Shown in pieces: positions 17,251 to 25,678 of a DNA stretch of 64,000 nucleotides. Numbering within the stretch: the stretch's first letter is position 1; the number at the start of each line of letters is the position of its first letter. The position numbers and the translations under genes are program-made. The notes under the pieces were generated by a model. That model was given only the letters and a program-made list of their open reading frames with translations. It was not told where the DNA came from and searched no databases. The DNA comes from Oscillospiraceae bacterium (GTDB lineage: Bacteria > Bacillota > Clostridia > Oscillospirales > CAG-272), in contig SVQN01000003.1 of NCBI GenBank assembly GCA_015065295.1, forward strand, positions 1,735 through 65,734, given 5' to 3'.

Positions 17251-20235
17251 ATGAATAGTAAAAGACTTATATCGGCGTTCTTGACTCTGGTTATGCTCAT
17301 CGGTACGCTCGCTGTTGGTGTTGATGCTGCGTGGGCTGATAAGGTAAATGAAGACGGTGAACCGATCATCAATTATCTTGCAGACGCTTACACCTCCCCC
17401 GAAGCGAAGCTCGCTGACATGATTATGGTCAAGGAGCAGAACGGTTACCAGCTTTGGTACGAAGAGTTCACCGGTGAAATCGCCGTTGTGGACCTCGCTA
17501 CCGGTCAGGTACACTTCTCCAACCCGTGGGATATTGCTTCCGGTTATCAGGCAATCTCCGACGCAGTTAAGGAAAAGCTCCTCTCCCAGCTCGTAATTAC
17601 TTTCCTTGAAAACGACGTTCAGAAGACCATGAACAGCTACACCGAAGCTGCTCTCCGCGGTCAGATCGTCAAGAAGAACATCAAGAACGGTATCCGTGTG
17701 GAATACGTTCTCGGTGAAGAACAGACCATCCGCCTTGTTCCCCGTATGATCCAGATGGCTCGTTTCGAAGAGCTCATCCTTGCGAACATCGAAGACGAAT
17801 GGCAGTACAACAAGCTCAACTCCTTCTATACCCCCAAGGACGCAAACGACCCGAACCTCACCGAACGTGGTGTTGCGGAAATGCAGGCAAAGTTCCCGAT
17901 CACCCTTGAAATGGCGGTTTACGTCTGTGACCCGGAAATCAAGGCCCGCGAACTTCGTGAACTTGAAGGTATTATCAAGTCCTACTGTCCCGAATATACA
18001 TACGAAGAACTCGACTATGACCACGACCTCACCCGTTACACCGGTGACGACGCTGCTCCGCCGAGATTCCGTATGGCTCTCGAATACACCCTCAGCGATA
18101 CCGGTCTTCAGGTAAGACTCCCTGCAAACGGTCTTTCCTTCGACGAATCTGCATACCAGTTCCAGGAAGTTGCTATGCTTCCGTACTTCGGTGCAGGCTC
18201 CAACGAATTTACCGGTTACTCGGTTATCCCGGACGGTTCCGGTGCGCTCATCCGCTTTGAAGACTTCGTAGGCAAGCCCGTTAACATCGCAGGTCAGATG
18301 TACGGTGCCGACTATGCTTACCATGAAATCAGCGGCGCACACGCGGAAACCATGAGAATGCCTTACTTCGGCGTTGTTACCAACTTCGATAAGGAACTCG
18401 TCAAGGCGACCGAAACCACTCCCGCAGAAGGCATCTTCTACTCCAACGGCTTCCTCGCAGTTGTTACCGAAGGTGACTCCCTCGCATCCTTCATGGCAGA
18501 ATGCGGTGGTACTCTCCATCCGTACAACACTGTATACGCAAAGTTCACTCCTCGTCCGTCCGACGAATACAACCTCGCAGACTCCATCTCCGTCAGCGGC
18601 AACGCTACATGGACGGTAACTTCCAAGAGAAAGTATACCGACAGCTACCGCATCCAGTATATCTTCCTCAAGGATGAAACCCTCGCAGAAGAAAACGGTC
18701 TCAAGAATTACTACGAAGCAGAATGGACCGGTATGGCTACCGCTTACCGTGACTATCTGATCGAAAAGGGCGAACTCACCAAGCTCGAGAACACCAAGGA
18801 AGACATCCCGCTCTTCATTGAAACCTTCGGTTCCATTGAAACCACCGAACGTCTCCTCTCCTTCCCGATCGAAGTGGATACTCCCCTTACCACCTTTGAA
18901 GACATCAAGACGATGCATGCCGAACTCACCGAACTCGGTGTCGGCAACATCAACTTCAAGCTCACCGGTTATGCAAACGGCGGTCTTGAAGGTACCGTTC
19001 CGTACCGTCTCGAATGGACCAAGGTTGTCGGCGGCGGTGAAGGATTTACCGACCTCGCCAAGTACGCAGCGGATAACGGCTTCAACGTATATCCGGACTT
19101 CGACTTCGCATACATCCGCAATCAGGAAATGTTTGACGGTGTAAGCCTCAAGAAGCACGCAGTTCGTACCATCGACGACCGTTTCACCACCAGACGTGCA
19201 TACGACGCAGCTACCCAGAGCTTCGACCGCTCCTTTGCGATCGCAATCTCCCCGGTATTCTACGAATATCTCTACAATAAGTTCGGTCCCAACTACCTTG
19301 AATACGGCAACGACGCAATTGCAGTTACCACTCTCGGTACCGACCTGAACTCCGACTTTGATGAAGACGAACCGTACCACCGCGAAGACAACAAGCAGTT
19401 CACCATCGAACTTCTTGAAAAGCTCGACGCAGACTACGAAAGCGTTATGATCGAAGGCGGTAACGCATACGCAGTAAAGTACGCAGACGTTATCCTCAAC
19501 GCTTCGCTTACCTCCTCCAAGTATGTGAAGGCAAGTGAATCCGTTCCGTTCCTCGGTATGGTATACCACGGCTCCAAGGTATTCACCGGTTCCGCTACCA
19601 ACATGGAAGGTGACGTAAACCAGGCGATCCTTCAGGCGATCGAAAACGGCGCGGCTATGTACTTCATCCTGTCTTATCAGAACACCAGCGAACTGAAGGA
19701 AGACTTCAGCCTCAGCAAGTACTACTCCGTATCTTACGATATCTGGAAGGAAGACGTTGCTGAATACTACACCACTCTGAACAACGCGATCAAGGATCTC
19801 CAGACCTCCTACATCGTTGACCACGAATTCCTCGATGCTGAACGTATTCCGGACGCAGACGAACTCGAAGCAGACCGTCTTGCTGAAGAAGCAGAAGCAG
19901 CAGCTCTCGCAGCAGCCGAAGAAGAAGCTCGTCTCGACGAAGAACGTAAGGCTCGTCTCGAAGCCCGTCTCGCAGCACAGGCTGGTGAAGTTGTAGAAGA
20001 ACCCGCAGCTGCTCCTGTTGAAGAAGAAGCTGACGAAACCGAAGAAGAAGTTGTTGAAGAAGAGGAAGAATACATCGTTCCCGATAAGTATAAGACCGTC
20101 ATCGGTTCCGTTGTACGTGTTGAATATGAAGGCGGCGTAAACTTCATCCTTAACTACAACTCTTACGATATTATTGTTGAGTACGACGGTCAGGAATACG
20201 AAATCGCAGGTCTTGGCTTCGTACGCATAGACTAA
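17251..20235 (+). CDS. DUF5696-like large secreted protein (possible glycoside-hydrolase-like barrel) with an acidic coiled-coil tail
   Basis: 994 aa with a signal peptide. 'YQLWYEEFTGEIAVVDLATGQVHFSNPWD', 'IPDGSGALIRFEDF' and 'MPYFGVV...GFLAVVTEGDSLA' resemble DUF5696 proteins. The tail is 'EADRLAEEAEAAALAAAEEEARLDEERKARLEARL...EEEADETEEEVVEEEEE'. Confidence 0.65.
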   Translation: MNSKRLISAFLTLVMLIGTLAVGVDAAWADKVNEDGEPIINYLADAYTSPEAKLADMIMVKEQNGYQLWYEEFTGEIAVVDLATGQVHFSNPWDIASGYQAISDAVKEKLLSQLVITFLENDVQKTMNSYTEAALRGQIVKKNIKNGIRVEYVLGEEQTIRLVPRMIQMARFEELILANIEDEWQYNKLNSFYTPKDANDPNLTERGVAEMQAKFPITLEMAVYVCDPEIKARELRELEGIIKSYCPEYTYEELDYDHDLTRYTGDDAAPPRFRMALEYTLSDTGLQVRLPANGLSFDESAYQFQEVAMLPYFGAGSNEFTGYSVIPDGSGALIRFEDFVGKPVNIAGQMYGADYAYHEISGAHAETMRMPYFGVVTNFDKELVKATETTPAEGIFYSNGFLAVVTEGDSLASFMAECGGTLHPYNTVYAKFTPRPSDEYNLADSISVSGNATWTVTSKRKYTDSYRIQYIFLKDETLAEENGLKNYYEAEWTGMATAYRDYLIEKGELTKLENTKEDIPLFIETFGSIETTERLLSFPIEVDTPLTTFEDIKTMHAELTELGVGNINFKLTGYANGGLEGTVPYRLEWTKVVGGGEGFTDLAKYAADNGFNVYPDFDFAYIRNQEMFDGVSLKKHAVRTIDDRFTTRRAYDAATQSFDRSFAIAISPVFYEYLYNKFGPNYLEYGNDAIAVTTLGTDLNSDFDEDEPYHREDNKQFTIELLEKLDADYESVMIEGGNAYAVKYADVILNASLTSSKYVKASESVPFLGMVYHGSKVFTGSATNMEGDVNQAILQAIENGAAMYFILSYQNTSELKEDFSLSKYYSVSYDIWKEDVAEYYTTLNNAIKDLQTSYIVDHEFLDAERIPDADELEADRLAEEAEAAALAAAEEEARLDEERKARLEARLAAQAGEVVEEPAAAPVEEEADETEEEVVEEEEEYIVPDKYKTVIGSVVRVEYEGGVNFILNYNSYDIIVEYDGQEYEIAGLGFVRID

Positions 20236-20253
20236 AGAAAGGGGAGTGCTTAA

Positions 20254-21255
20254 ATGAATTTAAACATTGACGCCGGCAAAGGCGGAAAGAAACAGAAGAT
20301 TCAAGTCGATGCTCCCGGCAAAAAGAAGAAGAGCACTGCTTCCCTTGAAGTGAAAAAGGCTAGAGCGGGATGGATTTTCATCCTCCCGTTCATCCTTGGA
20401 TTTGTGCTGATCTACATTCCGATCATTTTCGACTCCATCAAGTACAGCTTTAACGAAATCGACATTCTTGTCGGTGGTGGTTACGAGCTTACCTTCGTCG
20501 GCTGGAAGAACTACTCTGACGCGATCCTCGTCGATACCTCTTATGTAACGACGCTGGTTTCCGGTCTGAAGCAGCTCATCCTCGACATCCCCTCCATCGT
20601 TCTCTTCTCGCTGTTCATTGCGATCATCCTTAACCAGAAGATCGCAGGCCGTGCAGCATTCCGTGCAATCTTCTTTATCCCGGTTATCCTGTCCACCGGT
20701 CTTATCAGCGATATCGACGCAGCGAACTCCCTGTCTTCGTACATGGAAGAATCCGGCGGTATCGACGACGGTTCCGGTCAGGAATCCACCGCTACCGAAA
20801 TCATCTCCGTCATGGACGTTGAACGTCTCTTCGACAACATGATGATCGGTACGGAAATCGTTGAATACGTTGTCAGCATGGTTAACAACATCTTCAACAT
20901 CGTTAACCGTTGTGGTGTACAGATGCTGATCTTCCTCTCCGGTCTCCAGTCGATCTCTCCCGCGATTTACGAATCCTGCTCCATCGACGGTGCGTCCGGT
21001 TGGGAAAGCTTCTGGAAGGTAACCCTTCCGATGATGAGCCCGATGATTCTCGTAAACACCATTTACACGATCATCGACGCGTTCACCTCGAACGACAACC
21101 AGGTTATGGCCTATATTGCAACCGTATACGAACAGGCGGACGGTAACGTTCTCAGCTCCGCGATGTCCTGGATGTACTTCCTTGTTGTCATCGTCATCAT
21201 CGCAGCTGTTGCCGGTATCCTCAGCTCCTTCGTATTCTACCAGAGAAAAGACTAA
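20254..21255 (+). CDS. Carbohydrate ABC transporter permease (second pair, MalF-like)
   Basis: 333 aa with the EAA loop 'ESCSIDGASGWESFWKVTLPMMSP'. Confidence 0.9.
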   Translation: MNLNIDAGKGGKKQKIQVDAPGKKKKSTASLEVKKARAGWIFILPFILGFVLIYIPIIFDSIKYSFNEIDILVGGGYELTFVGWKNYSDAILVDTSYVTTLVSGLKQLILDIPSIVLFSLFIAIILNQKIAGRAAFRAIFFIPVILSTGLISDIDAANSLSSYMEESGGIDDGSGQESTATEIISVMDVERLFDNMMIGTEIVEYVVSMVNNIFNIVNRCGVQMLIFLSGLQSISPAIYESCSIDGASGWESFWKVTLPMMSPMILVNTIYTIIDAFTSNDNQVMAYIATVYEQADGNVLSSAMSWMYFLVVIVIIAAVAGILSSFVFYQRKD

Positions 21256-21273
21256 GAAAGGAGGTACTGATTC

Positions 21274-22332
21274 ATGAATAAAGCGCAAACTGCTCCTACT
21301 GTCAAGAAGGAAACCAAGAACACCATCCGGGTTGAATTCGACCGTACTCCGCTTCTGGAAAGACTGAAGGCGAAGCTCATCAACCTGTACACCCTGAAGA
21401 GAGTTGTATGGTATCTGTTCCGCTTCCTGCTCATGCTCGGTGTCTCTTACGTTATCCTTTTCCCGTTCTTCTCGAAGATCTCCTCTTCCTTCATGGCTCC
21501 GGAAGACTTCGTTGACGTAACCGTAAGACTTATCCCGAAGCACCCGACCCTCGAAACCTACAAGGCGATCATTGAAGACAACAGCTATCTGGAAGCACTC
21601 CTGAACACGTTCATCCTGTCTCTGGCGTGCGGCATCATCCAGACCTTCATCTGTTCCTTCATCGGTTACGGTTTCGCAAAGTTCAAGTTCAAGGGTAACA
21701 GCCTGTTCTTCCTCTGCGTAATCTTCACGATGATCGTTCCCCACGCAACCCTTCAGCTCTCTCTGTTCATGAAGTTCCGTTACTTCGATATCCTCGGTAT
21801 CGTCAACCTCCTCGGCGGCGGTGCGATTGACGCACTGAACGTTACAGGCGGCGTAACGTCGATCAACTTCATCAACTCCAACTGGCCGCTGTACATCCTC
21901 TCCTTCACCGGTCTGGCGTACAAGAACGGTCTGTACATCTTCCTCCTTCGTCAGTTCTACCGTGGTATTCCGGACGAACTGGAAGAATCCGCATACCTCG
22001 ATGGTTCCGGCGTATTCCGCACCTTCTTCGGCATCATCATCCCGCTTTCCGTAACGATGATGATTACCGTATTCATGTTCTCGTTCTGCTGGCAGTGGAC
22101 GGACAACTTCTACACCGAGCTCTTCTACACGACCGCCGGTGCGAAGCTCCTCCCCGACATCATCAAGGTTCCGAAATCCCTCGATACCAACTACGCCGGT
22201 CAGGCTCTCTACACCTCCGCAATCAACAACACTTGCGGTATCCTGATTATGGCTCCGCTGATCATTCTCTACCTCTTCGGTCAGAGATACATCGTTCAGG
22301 GTATCGAACGTTCCGGTCTTACTGCGGACTGA
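21274..22332 (+). CDS. Carbohydrate ABC transporter permease (second pair, MalG-like)
   Basis: 352 aa with the EAA loop 'ESAYLDGSGVFRTFFGIIIPLSV'. GGAGG RBS present. Confidence 0.9.
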   Translation: MNKAQTAPTVKKETKNTIRVEFDRTPLLERLKAKLINLYTLKRVVWYLFRFLLMLGVSYVILFPFFSKISSSFMAPEDFVDVTVRLIPKHPTLETYKAIIEDNSYLEALLNTFILSLACGIIQTFICSFIGYGFAKFKFKGNSLFFLCVIFTMIVPHATLQLSLFMKFRYFDILGIVNLLGGGAIDALNVTGGVTSINFINSNWPLYILSFTGLAYKNGLYIFLLRQFYRGIPDELEESAYLDGSGVFRTFFGIIIPLSVTMMITVFMFSFCWQWTDNFYTELFYTTAGAKLLPDIIKVPKSLDTNYAGQALYTSAINNTCGILIMAPLIILYLFGQRYIVQGIERSGLTAD

Positions 22333-22350
22333 TCTCCTGCACTCCTTCCT

Positions 22351-22386
22351 CCAAGGGGAACCGTTTCTGGTTCCCCTTGGTTTTTT
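22351..22386 (+). terminator. Intrinsic terminator of the uptake operon
   Basis: CCAAGGGGAACC-gtttct-GGTTCCCCTTGG followed by TTTTTT. Confidence 0.8.
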
Positions 22387-22401
22387 CTTTTTGTTTTTCT
22401 T

Positions 22402-23089
22402 GGGGGAACCTTTTTGAGGAAAAGGTTCCCCCAAACCCCTTCCAAAACCTTTTTAGGCGGTTGTTGCCGGTTTGTTTGGTTTATATGATGGGGAGGGGAA
22501 AAAGGAAAAAACTCCGTGGAGTACAGCTGAAATTTGTTAGACCTGTTGACATGGGGCTGGTTTGAATTTCTACGAAAATCGTTATGGGGAAGTCAGGCTC
22601 CGCCAAGACCCTGACTTCCCTCGCCATGCAGCGACTGCGCGATTTAATACGCCACGATTGAATTCAGCTACATTTTATTGGTTTTCCGCGCGGCTTGGCT
22701 CGCCCGCCGTCCGCGCTTTTCGTCAGTGAGAGCGGCTGACATACAGTTTTCTTCGAAAAGCACGAACGGCGTCAGCCAAGGAGTGCGGGGGATGACGATA
22801 TGTAGCTGAATTTTGACGTGACGCACTTCATCGATGTATCTCCATACGGCGTGGGAAGTCAGGGTTGGAGTTGCGAAGCAATCTCCTGCGGAGCCTGACT
22901 TCCCCAGAACGATTTTCATAGAATTTCAAACCAACGAAATGTCAGTGGATGGGATGCACAAAATGGCTACGCACAGACCCAAGAAAATCCCCCAGAAAAG
23001 AAAAAATCTGCACAGTTGAAATCACTGTAGCAGATGAAAAAGGTTTGGGAAGGGGTTTGGGGGAACCTTTTCCTCAAAAAGGTTCCCCC
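22402..23089. repeat. Foldback element family F3, copy B
   Basis: H1 tips lie at 22402-22456 and 23036-23089. It aligns along its whole length with copies A and C, and the right flank AAGAAAAAGAAACCCGCACTC is shared with copy C. Confidence 0.9.
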
Positions 23090-23114
23090 AAGAAAAAGAA
23101 ACCCGCACTCAACA

Positions 23115-24056
23115 TCATTCCCCCGGAATAACATCCTCCGGAAGCGGCTCCAGAGCGGCGGAACTTTTGAGCTTGAAAGAAACGGGGAGATAGACAATCG
23201 TGCCTTCCTCTTCGTTGGAGGCAGACTCGTCGATCATGCGGGAGATGAGGACTTTGGATTTGCGCTCGTCGTATTGGCAGGAAAGGTTGTTCATGTAGTC
23301 GGTCAGGAAAGTCGAGGAAACCCAAACTTCCGTGCCGCGGAGAATGTTCGGGATCTCGAGCTGGGCGGTCTGACCGTTGATTTCGATGATCTGTCCGCCG
23401 ATCGGGAAGACGATCATTTCTTCGCGGCCCGTGCCGGCAGCGGTGGGGGGGAGACTTTCGGCCATCGGGAGGATGAATTTCATCGCTTCCGCCGAACCGC
23501 TTTCCATCATGCCCAGATAGTCCGCTACGTCGTTGAAGCAGACGTAGACAACGCCGTCCGCAATGGCTTCTTCGATCGGTGCTTTCCGGATTTCGCTGCC
23601 GCCGTAGGTGTAGGTGATCGTGCCTGTCGTGTCCGGCTTGTCCGGCGCATGGTTGAAAAAGATCAGGAATACCAGCCCGAACAGGAGACAGAGAATGACC
23701 AGAATGATGAAGAATACCAGAAGGCGGCCGCCTAAAATTGCCAGATTCCTCTTGAATTGGCGTTCGCGTTCCGCTTTCTTCCGCTGCTTTTCACGCCGTT
23801 CGTGATCCCGCATCGCCTGACGGCGCGCCTCTGCCTGACGGCGTTCCAGCTCACGGCGGCGTCGGGTCGCTTCCGATTCCGGATAAACTCCGTCCTGACG
23901 CGGATACGGGCGCGGAGGTACGCCGTATCCGTTTCCGACCGGATTTTGCGGCGGCCGGTTATTCTTCGGACGGGGGACGCCGGCGTTTCCGCGACGCTGC
24001 GGAGGTCTGCCGCCGCGATTGTTCGGCCGCTGACCCCGGTTGGGATTGTTGTTCAT
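23115..24056 (-). CDS. Membrane-anchored protein: Arg/Pro-rich disordered N-terminus, one TM helix, extracellular copper-amine-oxidase-N-like (stalk) domain
   Basis: 313 aa. The N-terminus is 'NRGQRPNNRGGRPPQRRGN...', the TM helix is 'LLVFFIILVILCLLFGLVFLIFF', and 'IIEINGQTAQLEIPNILRGTEVWVSSTFLTDYM' fits the stalk-domain pattern. Confidence 0.6.
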   Translation of the reverse strand: MNNNPNRGQRPNNRGGRPPQRRGNAGVPRPKNNRPPQNPVGNGYGVPPRPYPRQDGVYPESEATRRRRELERRQAEARRQAMRDHERREKQRKKAERERQFKRNLAILGGRLLVFFIILVILCLLFGLVFLIFFNHAPDKPDTTGTITYTYGGSEIRKAPIEEAIADGVVYVCFNDVADYLGMMESGSAEAMKFILPMAESLPPTAAGTGREEMIVFPIGGQIIEINGQTAQLEIPNILRGTEVWVSSTFLTDYMNNLSCQYDERKSKVLISRMIDESASNEEEGTIVYLPVSFKLKSSAALEPLPEDVIPGE

Positions 24057-24072
24057 AGCCGTCCTCGCTTTG

Positions 24073-24633
24073 TCACTTGGTTTCGATAATCATGAAAAAC
24101 GGGCTTTCGGGGGAGTTGAGCATCCGGAACTGCGAAATGCTGTACTTGAAGCGCGAGATCGTGGAGAAATATTCCGTCAGTTCCCGGCCTTCCGCCGCGC
24201 CTTCCGGATGTCCGGGATAAACCGCAACGAGAAGAACCGCGTTTTCACCGAGCATTTCCATCGCTCTCTGCACCGCCGGAAGGGTCGTCGAACGCTTGGT
24301 CGTGAGCTGCTTGTTGCCCGCTCCCGGCAGATAGCCGAGATTGAACATCCCCGCCTTGATTTTCTCGCCACCGGTCACGAACTCGTTCGCGCGGTCGTGC
24401 GACGCACAGATCAGCCGCCAGTTGTCCGGACAGCCGTTCTTGCGGAGATTCTGCTCAGTCGAAACAAGAGCCTTTTCCTGGATGTCAAACGCGATCACGC
24501 GACCGGTCGGGCCGACGGTTTTGGAGAGAAAAACGGTGTCGTAGCCATTGCCCATCGTAAAATCGACGGCGGTGTCGCCCTCACCGAGGTGCGCGAGAAT
24601 AAATTTTTTCTGTAAATCAAGTAATTCTACCAT
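24073..24633 (-). CDS. Class I SAM-dependent methyltransferase, YtqB/MnmM-like (putative tRNA/rRNA methylase family)
   Basis: 186 aa from MVELLDL; the ORF-track N-terminal extension runs into an H1 repeat. The SAM motif is 'AVDFTMGNGYDTVFL', and 'FNLGYLPG' is present. Confidence 0.75.
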   Translation of the reverse strand: MVELLDLQKKFILAHLGEGDTAVDFTMGNGYDTVFLSKTVGPTGRVIAFDIQEKALVSTEQNLRKNGCPDNWRLICASHDRANEFVTGGEKIKAGMFNLGYLPGAGNKQLTTKRSTTLPAVQRAMEMLGENAVLLVAVYPGHPEGAAEGRELTEYFSTISRFKYSISQFRMLNSPESPFFMIIETK

Positions 24634-24650
24634 GATGAAATAAAGTTTCT

Positions 24651-24706
24651 CGGGGAAACCTTTTATAGAAAAACGTTTTCCCCGAACCCCTTTCAAAAAA
24701 TTTTAG
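24651..24706 (+). repeat. H1 hairpin-plus-tail repeat
   Basis: CGGGGAAACCTTTT-atag-AAAAACGTTTTCCCCG followed by AACCCCTTTCAAAAAATTTTAG. Confidence 0.85.
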
Positions 24707-24724
24707 ACTATATGGAGAAATATA

Positions 24725-24780
24725 GGCTGTACAATCGGTTTGATATTCCCAGTTCCGCACCAAACCTTATCAATCCATAT
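24725..24780 (-). repeat. Module M4 (ATATGGATTGAYAAGGTT.GGTGC...), inverted partner of 25509-25562
   Basis: The reverse complement ATATGGATTGATAAGGTTTGGTGCGGAACTGGGAATATCAAACCGATTGTACAGCC aligns with 25509-25562. Confidence 0.75.
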
Positions 24781-24786
24781 CGTGTA

Positions 24787-24839
24787 AAAGTTTTTGAAAA
24801 GGGGTTTGGGGAGAAACTTTTTTCAAAAAGTTTCTCCCC
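24787..24839 (-). repeat. H1 hairpin-plus-tail repeat
   Basis: AAAAGTTTTTGAAAAGGGGTTT followed by GGGGAGAAACTTTTTTCAAAAAGTTTCTCCCC. Confidence 0.85.
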
Positions 24840-24850
24840 AATTGCCCCAA

Positions 24851-25420
24851 TTACTTACTCAATTCGTACCCCTTGTCGAAGGCGGCCATGTTGATGTCGA
24901 GTGCCTTTGCGGGAACGCAGGCAGCAACCGCATTGCGGAGGACTTCATGGTCGAAGCCGAGGACGTTTGCCGCGAGACCGATGAGCGCAACGTTGGACGC
25001 GCGTTCGTTGCCGACTTCGCGTGCGATCGCGGGAGCGTCAACCGCGCGGATATCCACGCCGAGAGCCTTGATGTCTTCGACGATTTCCGCCGGATATGCC
25101 GCCGCGCCCGTGATGACGGGCATCGGGTTGATCTGCTGCGTGGAGGTCACGATCGTGCCGCCGTTCTTGAGGTTCGGGAGCCAGCGTGCCGCTTCCAGAA
25201 GCTCAAAGCTCAGGATCACGTCCGCGTCGCCCTTGCCGATTACGGGAGAATACACTTCTTCCCCGAAACGAACGTAGGTCACAACGGAACCGCCTCTCTG
25301 CGACATCCCGTGAACTTCCGAAACCTTTACGTCGCAGCCGCTGTCCATCGCAGCCTTCCCCAGAATTTTCGACGCCAGCAGCGATCCCTGTCCGCCAACG
25401 CCAACAATCATTATATTCAT
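24851..25420 (-). CDS. iorB: Indolepyruvate:ferredoxin oxidoreductase, beta subunit
   Basis: 189 aa from 'MNIMIVGVGGQGSLLASKIL'. GAAAGGAAG RBS present. It lies downstream of iorA. Confidence 0.85.
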   Translation of the reverse strand: MNIMIVGVGGQGSLLASKILGKAAMDSGCDVKVSEVHGMSQRGGSVVTYVRFGEEVYSPVIGKGDADVILSFELLEAARWLPNLKNGGTIVTSTQQINPMPVITGAAAYPAEIVEDIKALGVDIRAVDAPAIAREVGNERASNVALIGLAANVLGFDHEVLRNAVAACVPAKALDINMAAFDKGYELSK

Positions 25421-25448
25421 AGTAGTTCTTCCTTTCAATGTTTTTTCT

Positions 25449-25505
25449 CGGGGAGGGACTTTTTGAAAAAAGTCCCTCCCCGAACCCCTCTTCAAAAACT
25501 TTTAA
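25449..25505 (+). repeat. H1 hairpin-plus-tail repeat
   Basis: CGGGGAGGGACTTTTTGAAAAAAGTCCCTCCCCG followed by AACCCCTCTTCAAAAACTTTTA. Confidence 0.85.
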
Positions 25506-25508
25506 CCT

Positions 25509-25562
25509 ATATGGATTGACAAGGTTGGGTGCAGATTTAGGATACCAAACCGGCGATGAAGC
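25509..25562 (+). repeat. Module M4, inverted partner of 24725-24780
   Basis: ATATGGATTGACAAGGTTGGGTGCAGATTTAGGATACCAAACCGGCGATGAAGC. Confidence 0.75.
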
Positions 25563-25615
25563 TGACAAAATTATGTTCCTTCAAATTTGCACTTACTTTG
25601 TCATCCTAATTGTTT

Positions 25616-25666
25616 GAAGTTTTTTGGAAGGGGTTTGGGGAAACCTTTTTGCAAAAAGGTTTCCCC
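25616..25666 (-). repeat. H1 hairpin-plus-tail repeat (preceded by an F2-type fragment TTCAAATTTGCACTTACTTTGTC)
   Basis: GAAGTTTTTTGGAAGGGGTTT followed by GGGGAAACCTTTTTGCAAAAAGGTTTCCCC. Confidence 0.85.
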
Positions 25667-25678
25667 AATAAATCCCCA

